IMG/VR virus record: IMGVR_UViG_3300049595_001870
Location: 1 to 64,000 of that record
Direction: 5' to 3' (one strand)
Length of the DNA: 64,000 nucleotides
From: a virus
Shown in pieces: positions 15,659 through 25,652 of this stretch. Below the pieces are notes generated by a model. The model saw only the letters and a list, made by a program, of their open reading frames with translations. It did no database searches and was not told the DNA's origin. A program made the translations under genes and the position numbers. Numbering within the stretch: position 1 is the first letter of the stretch; each line of letters opens with the position of its first letter.

Positions 15659-17147
15659 GCCTGCGGCTCCTTTCCTTGAGAAAGTTGTTCTTGATCCAGC
15701 CCTTGATGCCGGGGTTGTTACATGCCCACTCCACGTAGTGACCCGGGAGTTGCGACATCAGCATCCCGCCGTACTTGCCCTTGAGCGGGTTCATGTAGGT
15801 GCCGATGGTCCGGCTCCCACCCGCAGCCAGATCGAACTCCCGGCCCACAACCCGACCAGCAGCCTGACCGGCCATCCGCCGTCGCCGGGCTTCGATCTCT
15901 TGGGCGATCAGCCGCCGCTCCAGTTCTTGTTGAGCGACGGCATCCAGCTCTGCCTGCGTCAGCGGCTGGGCCTCCGCAGCCCGCTTCACGGCCTGCCTGA
16001 TTTCCTTGTCGCCCGTGGTGACGAACATGTCCACGGCGGTGATCAGCCGGTGATCTAGCGAGGCGTCGGTGCAGTCAACGATTTTGAAGCGCGGCTTGTC
16101 GCTGGCAGCGATGGCGGCGATGCGGCTTTCCGCTGTGCTGCCTGGGAAATCAACAACTCCGCCCAAGGCGCGAGTCGCTCGCCCGACACACTGGAGCCAA
16201 AATGATCGGGAGCGTGTCGGACGGCCGAGAATAAGTGTCGAAACAGGAGGATGATCAAAACCAACAGCAACCACGGCGCAGTTGCAGAGAACCTTCGCTC
16301 GGCCCGACTTGAAATCCAGGATGGCCGCATTGCGTTCTTCCTCTGGTTGTGAGCCGTGGACATACACGGCAGGGATCCCGTAGTTGTTGGTGAGGTAATG
16401 GCAGACACCCTTGGCCGAGGCGACCGATGGAGTGAACACCACAGTCGGACCCGACATCTCCTCCTTGGTGATCAGGGCGATCCGGTGGAGGTTCGCCTCC
16501 TTATCCACCGCGGCCTGGAGTTCCTTCTGATTGAAGTCACCACCCGACACGCTGACGCCCGACAGATCCAGCGATTCCACCCGGGCGATCTTGCACAGCG
16601 GCGGAACGGACCAGCCGTTGTCGATGGCCCACTGCATGTCCAGGTTGCCCAAGACACGCTGGTAGTAGTCCTGCATCGCCTCGCCGCTCATGCGAAACGG
16701 CGTGGCTGTGAACCCAGCGACCATGGCCCCGCGTTCGTTGAACCAGCGAAACATCTCCAGGCAGGCGGGCGAGAACTGCATGTGAGCCTCGTCCACAATC
16801 ACCAACTGAACGTCGGTGAACTTCTTGTAGCGGCCCCTGATGAGCGTCTGCTTGCAGGCCACCGCCACCTTGGGACTCCACCACTCGTCCTCCTGGCTGC
16901 GAAACTCCGCCATCTCCAAGGCAGGGTCGATGCCCATGATCGACCGCACCTTGTCAACGGCCTGCCAAACCAGTTCCCGGAGCGGGGCGATGATGAGGGT
17001 CCGGCCAGAGATGCGATTGGCCAGTTCCACAAACACCACCGTTTTCCCCGCCCCGGTGAACAGGCCCGTCAATGTGGAGGGTACGCCAGTTGCCAACGCA
17101 GCAAGATGGGACTCCACGCTGATGTCTTGGTAGTCACGCAGGAGCAT
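15636..17147 (-). CDS. SF2 (DEAD/DEAH-like) helicase
   Basis: LRDYQ, TGAGKT, VDEAH, GFTATP, GFDHP, QCVGRATR. Confidence 0.92.
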   Translation of the reverse strand: MLLRDYQDISVESHLAALATGVPSTLTGLFTGAGKTVVFVELANRISGRTLIIAPLRELVWQAVDKVRSIMGIDPALEMAEFRSQEDEWWSPKVAVACKQTLIRGRYKKFTDVQLVIVDEAHMQFSPACLEMFRWFNERGAMVAGFTATPFRMSGEAMQDYYQRVLGNLDMQWAIDNGWSVPPLCKIARVESLDLSGVSVSGGDFNQKELQAAVDKEANLHRIALITKEEMSGPTVVFTPSVASAKGVCHYLTNNYGIPAVYVHGSQPEEERNAAILDFKSGRAKVLCNCAVVAVGFDHPPVSTLILGRPTRSRSFWLQCVGRATRALGGVVDFPGSTAESRIAAIAASDKPRFKIVDCTDASLDHRLITAVDMFVTTGDKEIRQAVKRAAEAQPLTQAELDAVAQQELERRLIAQEIEARRRRMAGQAAGRVVGREFDLAAGGSRTIGTYMNPLKGKYGGMLMSQLPGHYVEWACNNPGIKGWIKNNFLKERSRRRELTKAV

Positions 17148-17397
17148 GGACGGCCTCCTGCTTGCGTAGCATCCGTGCCTGCCGCAGCAGGAGCCCGGCG
17201 TATTCCTCAATCTTCTGAGCGGCAGCCTCCGCAGCCTGCCCCTCCGACTCATGCCAGGAGTTGTCGCGGCGCACCATGTGGTGGCCGTAGCTGACGTACT
17301 CCGTGCCGTTGACCTCCACCACCTCGGCGCTGTCAGCAAACAACTGAATGCCGCGGTTGTCGATCCGATCCCATACCTGTGTGCGATAGACCTTCAC
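17134..17397 (-). CDS. hypothetical protein
   Basis: SD GGGAGGG; coupled to helicase. Confidence 0.7.
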   Translation of the reverse strand: MKVYRTQVWDRIDNRGIQLFADSAEVVEVNGTEYVSYGHHMVRRDNSWHESEGQAAEAAAQKIEEYAGLLLRQARMLRKQEAVHAPA

Positions 17398-17420
17398 GGT
17401 GTTCCCTCGTCCCTCCCAAT

Positions 17421-17464
17421 GAAAAGACCCGGGGCGGGGGTGGAGGGTGAGCCCCCGCCCCGGG
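17421..17464 (-). terminator. Rho-independent terminator after ssb
   Basis: Perfect 13-bp stem 17428-17440/17452-17464 followed by TCTTTTC on - strand. Confidence 0.75.
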
Positions 17465-17479
17465 CGGCGCGCACTATCG

Positions 17480-17812
17480 TCAGGCGAAGTCTGAGGCGAA
17501 CTCAGGCTCGGCCTTTGGTTCCTTCTTGCCGGTAAGCTGAAGCGTCTTCACCTTCAGCACCTGCTTCGACCGCTGCTGGCCATCCTTCTCCCACTTCTGG
17601 GTCTGGATCTCGCCCGAGCAAAACACCGGGGTGCCTCGGGCCACAAAGCCCAATGCCCCGTTGGGCGACCACCACTCGCAGTCGAAAAACTCCACGCTGT
17701 CCTTGTAGCCGTTGACGGCCACGGAGAACTTCGCCACTTGGTTCTCACCGACTTGGCGAATCTCAGGATCCTTGGTCACGTTGCCGAGGATCATCACGCA
17801 CTGGTAACCCAT
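17480..17812 (-). CDS. ssb: single-stranded DNA-binding protein
   Basis: ILGNVTKDPEIR...FSVAVN...GEIQTQKWEKDGQQRS; acidic-aromatic tail DFA. Confidence 0.9.
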   Translation of the reverse strand: MGYQCVMILGNVTKDPEIRQVGENQVAKFSVAVNGYKDSVEFFDCEWWSPNGALGFVARGTPVFCSGEIQTQKWEKDGQQRSKQVLKVKTLQLTGKKEPKAEPEFASDFA

Positions 17813-18441
17813 TACTTGGCCTCCTTCCGCCAGACACGGTTGAACTCTTCCTCACACCGCTTGAACACCTCGGCCGCTACGGACTTTTCCTTCGCCCGCA
17901 ACCGCACCGTGTCCAAGTGTTTCTGCGCCTCGGCCTTCGTCTCGGCTTCGGCAATCGCCTTCTTGGCCCCCTGCTCGTAGGCCATGGACTTGTAGACATC
18001 GCCCGTCTTGGGAGCGGTGGACTGGACGGCGTTGCCATCGTCATCCGGCTCGCCGCTGAACCCGCCCGTCAGGGCCATGAGCAAGGTCCGCTTGGCGTAG
18101 GTCATCGCCGCGCCGAAGCCCTGCATGTCGTTCTTCGGATTGATCAGCGGGGCACATCCCTGGATGTACTCACCGCTGGTATGCCGAAGCGTGCCCACCA
18201 GCACCCACTGCCCAGCCACCAAGCCTGGGCGAAAGTCAGGCAGGCACAATCCATTCGCAGTGAGCGGACCCCGAAGGGACTCGCAGCACTGCTGGTACGA
18301 AGCAAAGCGACTCTTAAAGTGCGGGTTAGCACTGTCCAGCTTCACCGCTTGGTACTCAGCCTGGGCCTTGGCCAACGCCTCGGTCAGCTTGCCCGTGGCA
18401 GGGGACGATGACGGCCCCAAGATTTCCGTGTGATCAGTCAT
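17812..18441 (-). CDS. erf: ERF-family single-strand annealing protein
   Basis: ALAKAQ...NPHFKSRFAS...HTSGE...QGFGAAMTYAKR...DDDGN. Confidence 0.9.
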   Translation of the reverse strand: MTDHTEILGPSSSPATGKLTEALAKAQAEYQAVKLDSANPHFKSRFASYQQCCESLRGPLTANGLCLPDFRPGLVAGQWVLVGTLRHTSGEYIQGCAPLINPKNDMQGFGAAMTYAKRTLLMALTGGFSGEPDDDGNAVQSTAPKTGDVYKSMAYEQGAKKAIAEAETKAEAQKHLDTVRLRAKEKSVAAEVFKRCEEEFNRVWRKEAK

Positions 18442-19298
18442 AGTTCAACAACCTCCTCCTGGCGTGTGGCCCACTGCGGGAAGGCCATCTCCTGAATCTC
18501 CTCCGCATCCGCCGGGACATACGCCCCCGTCGAACGTCGCAGTCGGACTTCCTCCATGGTGCTAATCAGCCGCTTGCCAGCCTCGGCCACCATCTGCTCG
18601 GGCAGAACAAACGCCCGGCAACAGAACGGCGGCATGGTCTGGACGAACACAAACGGCATGCGGAACGGCGGGTAGCCAATGGCGTACGCCCCCTGCTGGT
18701 AGAGCCAGTCCTGTTCCAGGTAGCCGTAGTCCAGCGCGCTACGGAACAGGCGGTCCCACGGGCTGCTGGTGGTCTTGAGATCCCACCACAACCCTTCAGT
18801 GCAGGCGTCCGGCCGAACCTTCAGCTTGTGGCCGTGAGCCTCAAAGAACACGGACAACTGGGTCCGCGTGGTCAGGGTCATCAACTCATAGACTGAGTCG
18901 TTGCCCCGCATGGCGTCCAGCATCTTGCTGTACTGCCACTTCTTGTCGGCCGTGACGCAGATGCCGGTCTGGGTCGCAGCCCATTCCTTGTATGCCTTGG
19001 TGCTGCGGGAGCCGTTCGCACCGAGGACATCGTCCGGTGGCACCACCACCATGTCATCGAACTTCTTGCCGCCAAGGACACCTGTGACGATCTCGTCAAA
19101 CTCGCTGCCCGTGGTGGTGGCCGAGTTCCCCCCGAAGAGGGAGCGGCCCTGATCCATCCAGAGTTGGGCCTCGCCGCCACCCTTCTGCACCGAGCAAAGG
19201 AACGACCGGCCGTCGAACTCCTTCTTCTGGTGGTACGCCTGATTGGCCATGCCGGTCACCATCACCGGCAGGGCATCCCAATTAATCTCGCTGTCCAT
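18438..19298 (-). CDS. PD-(D/E)XK exonuclease (RecE/ExoVIII C-terminal-like)
   Basis: NQAYH...LKVRPD...WDLKTT...YGYLEQ..LY...FVFVQ. Confidence 0.8.
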   Translation of the reverse strand: MDSEINWDALPVMVTGMANQAYHQKKEFDGRSFLCSVQKGGGEAQLWMDQGRSLFGGNSATTTGSEFDEIVTGVLGGKKFDDMVVVPPDDVLGANGSRSTKAYKEWAATQTGICVTADKKWQYSKMLDAMRGNDSVYELMTLTTRTQLSVFFEAHGHKLKVRPDACTEGLWWDLKTTSSPWDRLFRSALDYGYLEQDWLYQQGAYAIGYPPFRMPFVFVQTMPPFCCRAFVLPEQMVAEAGKRLISTMEEVRLRRSTGAYVPADAEEIQEMAFPQWATRQEEVVEL

Positions 19299-19515
19299 GC
19301 GTTCAGTCCTCCGTGAAAAAGCCCCCTCCGTGGGGCAGCGTCGATCCGTCTATCCCCCCCGTGGCCGAAACAGTGCCAAACGGGCTTTGCGAAACTGTCC
19401 AAGAAGGACAAGCAGGCATGCGAGCCCTGCGGCAGAGAGCCAGAAGCGGGTCACCAGAATGGCAACCCAGGCCGCGCGGATAATGGGCCAGCGGCGGAAA
19501 GCGAGCCAGAAGAAC

Positions 19516-19544
19516 GGGCGGCTAACCAACTGAGCTAGCTGCCC
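19516..19544 (-). other. tRNA-like 5' fragment/hairpin upstream of the tyrosine recombinase
   Basis: - strand GGGCAGC TA GCTCAGTTGGTTA GCCGCCC; not a complete tRNA. Confidence 0.45.
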
Positions 19545-19622
19545 GAAGTTCCGGTTATGACGGTTTTTCCGCCGAGATGCAAGCACAGCCTCCTGGACGT
19601 AAGTTGGGAGGTGGACCCCCCG

Positions 19623-20462
19623 GTGGAAGCCCCCATGACCATCCTGGAACTCGCCCGGGCCTACTGCAACCGCGTCGGCGGGAGCCCCGGCTACTTGGAG
19701 CAGCTTGAGGTCTTCTGTCGCCGCCTGCCGTGGAAGGTCGGGGGCTTGACTCCCGATCTCTGTGACACGTACCTGACCGAAGCTCTTGCCCATCTTGCAC
19801 CCTCCACGGTGTACAACCACCGCCGCATGCTCGGGCGCCTGTTGGCCTTCGCCGCCAGCGAGGGGTTGGTGGACGGGAGTATAGTTCGCCCCCTCAGACG
19901 GGTCAAGCGGCTGCCGCCCAGCCCAGTTGCGTGGTCCCATGCCGAGATTCGCAGGCTGATGTCGGTAGCCGCGAAGTTGACTGGGGGAGCGAAGTGTGCG
20001 CACGGCACGCTCATGCAAGCATGGCTGCTGGTGGCGTACTCCACCGGGCTGCGATTGGCGAATTTGTTGGAAATTCGACATGACCAAATCCGTGGCCATA
20101 GACTCCTAATCCGCCAGTTCAAGACCGGCGAACCGCATGTCTGCTATCTGGATGCCAACGCCTTGGCGGCTATTGCAAAGCTGCCCCGGCGAGGCCCCCG
20201 CATATTCGGGGACTTGATTTGCAGAGACAAGATTTTGGCCCAAATGCGGCGTCTTTGCAAGGCGGCCGGAATGTCGGGAAGCACTAAGTTTCTGCGACGA
20301 TCCGGGGCAACTTACGCGGAAATCGCGGGCAAAGATGCCAGTGGACACTTAGGTCACAAGACCCCCGGCATGAAGGTCTACTACATAGACAGGCTGCTGC
20401 TGGCCGAGGAAAAGCGGGAGCAACCCTCGGCCCCGCCGCTGGAGTTAGCGGACAGCCCCTAG
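19623..20462 (+). CDS. tyrosine recombinase / integrase
   Basis: YSTGLR, KFLRRSGAT, HLGH, VYY catalytic pattern; start may be 19623 or 19635. Confidence 0.85.
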   Translation: MEAPMTILELARAYCNRVGGSPGYLEQLEVFCRRLPWKVGGLTPDLCDTYLTEALAHLAPSTVYNHRRMLGRLLAFAASEGLVDGSIVRPLRRVKRLPPSPVAWSHAEIRRLMSVAAKLTGGAKCAHGTLMQAWLLVAYSTGLRLANLLEIRHDQIRGHRLLIRQFKTGEPHVCYLDANALAAIAKLPRRGPRIFGDLICRDKILAQMRRLCKAAGMSGSTKFLRRSGATYAEIAGKDASGHLGHKTPGMKVYYIDRLLLAEEKREQPSAPPLELADSP

Positions 20463-23400
20463 CACTTCCAGCGGATCCAAAGCGGTCTTTTTCCGCTCGC
20501 GGGCCCGCTTGGCGGCATCGCTCTGGAGGATGCGGTACAGCAGATAGAGCTTCCGCTGATCCTCGGGCATTGACCGCAGGGCATCGTCGGGGACGGTGAT
20601 GTTCTCATACGTCCGGACGCCTGGGGTGGTTTCCAAGATCTGGTTGAGCATGCCCCGGGCGGCCTGTCGCTTGGTCCGCTCCTCGTCAACGTCGGTCAGC
20701 TTCACGCCAGCCAGGACGTTGAACGCTGCCTTGAGCCGGGCATCGACGGGGTCCAGCCGGTCATCATTGAACTGCCGGTACATGCTGATGCCGCGGGCCC
20801 CGAACGGGACGAAGTTGATGACCGCCTGCTCCAGCGGTCGGCCGATGGGCCCGAGGTCTTGCTCCAGCACGGAGTACAGATCGGACATATCCCGGCCCGT
20901 GTAGAGCTGCCGGTTGGTGATGTACTCCAACGGGGCTTTGATGAGCGGGTTCGTCTGCCCGAGGATGTTGCTGCCCGTCTTCTGGATGGTGTCAGCAAGC
21001 CGGGCCGCAGCAGTCGTACCCACGCCTGGGGTGAACAGGTTAAGCGTGGACTCAAACGGCAGATCGATGTTGGTGATGTACCGCTGCAACCCTTCCGCTG
21101 GCTCGCCGCCCAGGAGCGACGGCCAGCCTTCTGGAAGTGGAATCGCAGCCGACTGCCGCAGGTACTCAGGGATGAAGTTGTCTTCGCTCGGCTCGGTGCC
21201 TCGGGTCACGGCGCGGATGGTCTGGCCCTGCAACCCGCCGGGACGATAGAGCGTGTTCTCCGCAATGCTCGGCAAAATTCCTTTCTGAAAACTATAAAAC
21301 GGCGCGACCCGCTTCATCACGTTGCGCTCAAAGTCGGTGAACGCAGAAGGCGAATAGTCAACGAGCAGGCGGCGTACCGTGTCGCCCGCTTCAGCCGGAT
21401 CCACGCCTTGGCGAATCAGGGTGAGGAACGTGCCGATCCGCAGCGTGTCTTCCGTGCGGTTGCCGACCGCGTCATTAAAGGCCAAGAGCGGGTTGGTCTG
21501 GTACGGCCGGGGCTCGCGGGTGATGCCCACGCCGCGCATCGAAAGCAGGTCGCCAAGGAAGTTGCCCCAAGTCCGGTTGGCGGGATCGGCCCGGCGGCCC
21601 TGCTGCAAGGCTTGGCGGGTGGACTCCGCAATCGTCGGACCCGATCCGACAAACATGCCGCCAATGCGACCCGGGTCGTCCACCCCGGAGATGTCGCTAA
21701 TCACATTGCCAGACGCAAGCCTCTGGGAGCTGGAGTCGCCAATGAACTGCCGCAGGGCCTCGGCGGTGGAGAGGTTGCGATACGGCGACCGCCCGCCTTG
21801 GGCACGGCGGGCCAACGATTCGTAGTTGCCACCGCTGGCTTGGGCGGCGGCGATCATGTCCAGCGGATTGAGGGCCCCTTCCGTGGCGGCGTTGTACATG
21901 CCGCTGTACTGATTACGCACATGGAATGCTGGGCTTGCGAGGGCGCCGATCTTAAAGGCGCTGGTGAATTGATCGGCAGCGTTGAGCAGGCCGCGCTCCG
22001 GAAGCGCCAGTCGGCTTTGCGGAGTCAGGACACGCATCGCGTCCACAAACTGCCGCGGGATCGACAGTTCATCCAGTGGCACCCGCTGGGCGGGTGGCGC
22101 CTGCTGCATCCAACGGTTGGCGAAGTTCTTGGGATCGAAGCCGAGTTCGCGGGCGGCGTCAGCAAGCGATACGCTCTGCCCACCCACAACCCTTCCGGCG
22201 GGCGTCGGGTCAACCCGCCGCCGCAGCATGGCGAAGAGCTGGTCAGCGTTGGCAAGGTTATCCGCTTGGCCGCGCTCATACCGCAGCGCGTTGTTCCAGG
22301 ACGGGGTGTCGAAAATGCCAACGCCTTGATCCGCGAACTGCGTGTCGGCCTTCATCAGAAGCTGGCCGAGCTTCTCATAGTTGGTGTTCACTTCCCGCTG
22401 TGCGGTTGCGAGCATCGCTGCCTGCTCGGCCGGGTCTGCTGCCTGATAGGCCCGAGAGTTCCGCACGTTCTCGGTGATATAGCGGTATGGGTTGGTCTTG
22501 CCGTCAAATGTGAACGCGGCGTCATCGATGTCGCCCAGCGTCCGCAGGGCACGCCGCAAAAGGACACGCCGAGCTTTGTCCGAAGGCGCGGCGATTAGGT
22601 CTTGCTGGAGGGCCCGGGAATCCAGAAGCGGATCGACATTGCCGGTCAGATATCGGAAGGCCCGGATCCCGCCGGGCAGATCGTAGGCAGGATCGCGGGA
22701 GCGGCCGAAGTTGTCCTGCACGGAGAACGCCCGCTCGTCCCGGCCCCAAGACCGGAAGTCATAGGGCTCGCCGCCCGGGATGTCGGGCGGAGACGGGTCC
22801 AAGAACCGGCGAAGCTGCCGCGGAATGAACCCACCGGCTCCGCGGGATTGCGCGACGGGGGTGGCAAGTCCGGCGTCTCGGGCGGCCTGCACGGCTTCGG
22901 GGCCAAGGTTGGCAAACCGATCCCGAATGGCACGGAACTCAGGAACATTCTCTAGGACGTAGTCAGCGACATCGTCTCCGGTTGTCCGCAGCGGCGCGCC
23001 GGTCAGAGTTGGCCCGGGAAGCGGGCGGGCCTCCACGTAATCTGCCAGACGATCCCAAAGCGTCTGGCTATCAAAGGTTCGCAGCTCCTTGGGGATGGTG
23101 GCTCCTCCCGGCAGGTAGCTGCTTGGGACCGCATCAGGGACATCGGCGTTGCGAGCGTCGTACTGGAGAAGCGAGTAGGCCCGATCCAGAGCCTCCTGTT
23201 TGTTGCGGGCATTGACCCTGGCGGCACGCTTGGCGAACTGAAGATCGTTTGTTAGCTCCATGTTGGAACTAACTGTGCCAAGGCCGCCGACGTTCTGGTC
23301 GAATAACGCCGCGGCGGTGCGGGTCACTGGGCCGATAACGGGCGCCATCTTGGTGAAGTTGCCGAATCTATCAAAGCCTTCCGCAATCGCATCACCGAGC

Positions 23401-24185
23401 GCCCCGCCGCCAATCTCAAAGCCGACGTTCGTTCCAGGGATGCGGATGTTGTCCAGCACTCCGGCGCGCTGAGTCATGCCTGCTACGGGATCGACGCCGA
23501 ATCTCTCAAACTGCGATTGCAGTCTGGCGGTAGCCGCGGCTTGGTCTGCGGGATCCAAGAACGCAATCGCCCGCTCGGGGGTCAGGCGGCGATTGTATTC
23601 ACGCACGCGAGGGGTGGGGATGGGGTCATTACGCAGCGGCAGGTTGTCTTGAAACCGGAGCGCATTCAGGCGTCCAGCAGAGTCAACGGCGCTATCCCGG
23701 AGCAGCCCCGCCGCCTTCATGGCCTTGCCGGTCTGGCTCAACGCCCCGCGGCCGAGAAGAGAAAGACCGAGCGTGCCGTACGTGAACGGATCTAAAAGGG
23801 CTTCCGCCGCCACCCCGCCTGCGAAGTTGCCCCAATTGTCATCCTCGCCAATCGCCCCGTACTGCCGCAGCAACTCGCGGCCAGTGACGCGGTCTTCGCT
23901 GGAGCCAAAGGCCGAGAGAGGATCACCAGCCAACACGCCGCGAACGATAGCCCCGGGCGTGTCTAGCAGATATCCTGCCGTGGCAAGGCCCGAAGACCCC
24001 ATCTCCGCAAGGCTGTTGAGCCAGCCCTTCTTCTCCTCCTCTGGCATGAGGTCGGAGAGGGTTGGCTTGCGAAGCTCTACGGGGCCAGCGAGGAGGTAGT
24101 CCTCGTCATCCAACATGCCCAGGCGGGCACGCTCTTCCAGTTCCCCGTAGGGATCGTAGATGTCGAATAACGGGGATCGCGCCAT
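20445..24185 (-). CDS. large virion/ejection (internal) protein, 1246 aa
   Basis: Size, Ala/Gly-rich, position at end of podovirus-type tail block. Confidence 0.65.
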   Translation of the reverse strand: MARSPLFDIYDPYGELEERARLGMLDDEDYLLAGPVELRKPTLSDLMPEEEKKGWLNSLAEMGSSGLATAGYLLDTPGAIVRGVLAGDPLSAFGSSEDRVTGRELLRQYGAIGEDDNWGNFAGGVAAEALLDPFTYGTLGLSLLGRGALSQTGKAMKAAGLLRDSAVDSAGRLNALRFQDNLPLRNDPIPTPRVREYNRRLTPERAIAFLDPADQAAATARLQSQFERFGVDPVAGMTQRAGVLDNIRIPGTNVGFEIGGGALGDAIAEGFDRFGNFTKMAPVIGPVTRTAAALFDQNVGGLGTVSSNMELTNDLQFAKRAARVNARNKQEALDRAYSLLQYDARNADVPDAVPSSYLPGGATIPKELRTFDSQTLWDRLADYVEARPLPGPTLTGAPLRTTGDDVADYVLENVPEFRAIRDRFANLGPEAVQAARDAGLATPVAQSRGAGGFIPRQLRRFLDPSPPDIPGGEPYDFRSWGRDERAFSVQDNFGRSRDPAYDLPGGIRAFRYLTGNVDPLLDSRALQQDLIAAPSDKARRVLLRRALRTLGDIDDAAFTFDGKTNPYRYITENVRNSRAYQAADPAEQAAMLATAQREVNTNYEKLGQLLMKADTQFADQGVGIFDTPSWNNALRYERGQADNLANADQLFAMLRRRVDPTPAGRVVGGQSVSLADAARELGFDPKNFANRWMQQAPPAQRVPLDELSIPRQFVDAMRVLTPQSRLALPERGLLNAADQFTSAFKIGALASPAFHVRNQYSGMYNAATEGALNPLDMIAAAQASGGNYESLARRAQGGRSPYRNLSTAEALRQFIGDSSSQRLASGNVISDISGVDDPGRIGGMFVGSGPTIAESTRQALQQGRRADPANRTWGNFLGDLLSMRGVGITREPRPYQTNPLLAFNDAVGNRTEDTLRIGTFLTLIRQGVDPAEAGDTVRRLLVDYSPSAFTDFERNVMKRVAPFYSFQKGILPSIAENTLYRPGGLQGQTIRAVTRGTEPSEDNFIPEYLRQSAAIPLPEGWPSLLGGEPAEGLQRYITNIDLPFESTLNLFTPGVGTTAAARLADTIQKTGSNILGQTNPLIKAPLEYITNRQLYTGRDMSDLYSVLEQDLGPIGRPLEQAVINFVPFGARGISMYRQFNDDRLDPVDARLKAAFNVLAGVKLTDVDEERTKRQAARGMLNQILETTPGVRTYENITVPDDALRSMPEDQRKLYLLYRILQSDAAKRARERKKTALDPLEVLGAVR

Positions 24186-24188
24186 GAG

Positions 24189-25652
24189 CTACTGGTCGTA
24201 GAAGAAGGATGCGATGTTGGACGCATTGGCGCCGCGGTTGCGGTCCTCTTGTATCCGCCGCAGGACTTGCTCCGCTTCGGGCAACTTGAGGCCCGTGTCG
24301 GCGGCCAGCCGCTGGGCGGCAAGCCGCACCTCGTTGTCAGTGAAGTACGTCGAAACCCCAAGCATGCCAGGGCGAGAGCTGTAGTTGGAATGCACCAAAT
24401 CGTCAGCGTACGACAGGATGGTGGGGTCGTTCAGGCGTCCTGCGGCAACAGCCTCTTGGGCGCGGACCTGAACGGGCTTGCCCTCATCGATCTTTTGCTG
24501 GATCAACTCCGCCTGCCCAGGAGGCGTCTGCTGGAATCCCTGGCCCTGCGCCACCCGCAGCCCAAGCTGCGTGAGCTGTGCATTGTGGGCCTCCGCTACA
24601 TCATTCGGCGTAGCGCCACGCACCCGGCCGCCCAGCACACTCTGCGCCGCGGCAAAACGATTCCAATCGCTGATGTCGTTGCGATTCATGTACTCCAGAG
24701 GATTGCTCTGTGCCATCCGGCGGCGCTCCACGGCCTGCTCGCGGGCAGCCAGTTCGTTCTGCCGGGCGGCGTACCGTTCGCGGTAGGCGGCGCGCTCTAG
24801 TTCCTCCAGGGGAGCGTCAGGCCCCGGGGCAGGCCCGCTCACGCCAGCGTCAACCATCAGGCGATCTTTGTAGAAATCACCACGCTGGGCGTCACGCACG
24901 CGGCCCTCCGAAGCACGCCGAGCTGCACGGTTCTGCTTCTGGAGCGGTGACACGGCCCGGTCGGGGCCCGCGCCAAACGTCATCTCCTCCCACTGCGCCC
25001 GATTGCGAATATCGTCCCGCACGCCCTCTCGGAACTGCTCATAGCTCCCGGGGTCGTACTGAGCCTGCCGCTCGGAGCCTGGGGTTTCGTTGGCCCACTC
25101 AGCAAAATCACGCCGTGCCTCAATCCGCTCGGGCGTCACCTGCGGCCCAACGGGAACCATGCCCTGCTGAGTGCGAATGTAGCCCTGCTGATCTTGGATC
25201 TGACGGCGCAAGTCTAGGTCAGTGGCGCCAGCCCCATTCTCAAACCCACCCAGGCCATACTCCTGCGCGTACTGCCTGTCGCCCTCTGCCTGCCAGTTGC
25301 GATTCGACTCGCGGAAGCCGCGCATGATCTCGCGTGCCAAGCCCTGCTCTTGGGCCAAGGCGGCCTCGGCGTCTGGGAGCGAGCGATTGGCCTCGCGTAC
25401 CGCCCGCCCGGAGACAGCGCCATACTCATCGGCGGGCAGCGACTCTGGGCTGACGCCTACCATCGGCTCAACGCTGAGAGGAGTGGCGGCGGCGGCGAGG
25501 TTGTCAAGCTCTGCCCCGTTGCCCGCCGACATTACACTGCGAGCGGCAACCGCGGCAGCGTCTCGCGGAGCCATGCCCTGCGCAATCAGTTCGTCCTCAA
25601 TATCCAGTTGGCGACGGCCAAGGTCCATCTGGCGGGAAGTGAGCGTCCTCAT
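24189..25652 (-). CDS. putative internal virion/ejection protein
   Basis: 487 aa Ala/Arg/Gln-rich helical, in virion operon. Confidence 0.6.
   Translation of the reverse strand: MRTLTSRQMDLGRRQLDIEDELIAQGMAPRDAAAVAARSVMSAGNGAELDNLAAAATPLSVEPMVGVSPESLPADEYGAVSGRAVREANRSLPDAEAALAQEQGLAREIMRGFRESNRNWQAEGDRQYAQEYGLGGFENGAGATDLDLRRQIQDQQGYIRTQQGMVPVGPQVTPERIEARRDFAEWANETPGSERQAQYDPGSYEQFREGVRDDIRNRAQWEEMTFGAGPDRAVSPLQKQNRAARRASEGRVRDAQRGDFYKDRLMVDAGVSGPAPGPDAPLEELERAAYRERYAARQNELAAREQAVERRRMAQSNPLEYMNRNDISDWNRFAAAQSVLGGRVRGATPNDVAEAHNAQLTQLGLRVAQGQGFQQTPPGQAELIQQKIDEGKPVQVRAQEAVAAGRLNDPTILSYADDLVHSNYSSRPGMLGVSTYFTDNEVRLAAQRLAADTGLKLPEAEQVLRRIQEDRNRGANASNIASFFYDQ

Noticed and set aside
19500-19560. 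Complete tRNA gene
   Set aside because: No anticodon arm or TTC-containing T arm; kept only as a fragment.
19350-19560. Hydrophobic tail of antisense ORF 19350-20099 as a membrane peptide
   Set aside because: No clear start or RBS; the rest of the ORF is antisense to the integrase.
20859-22598. 579-aa + strand ORF and other long antisense ORFs (e.g. 45744-47777, 37470-38501, 42581-43765)
   Set aside because: Shadow frames of high-GC real genes on the opposite strand, with no motifs or RBS.
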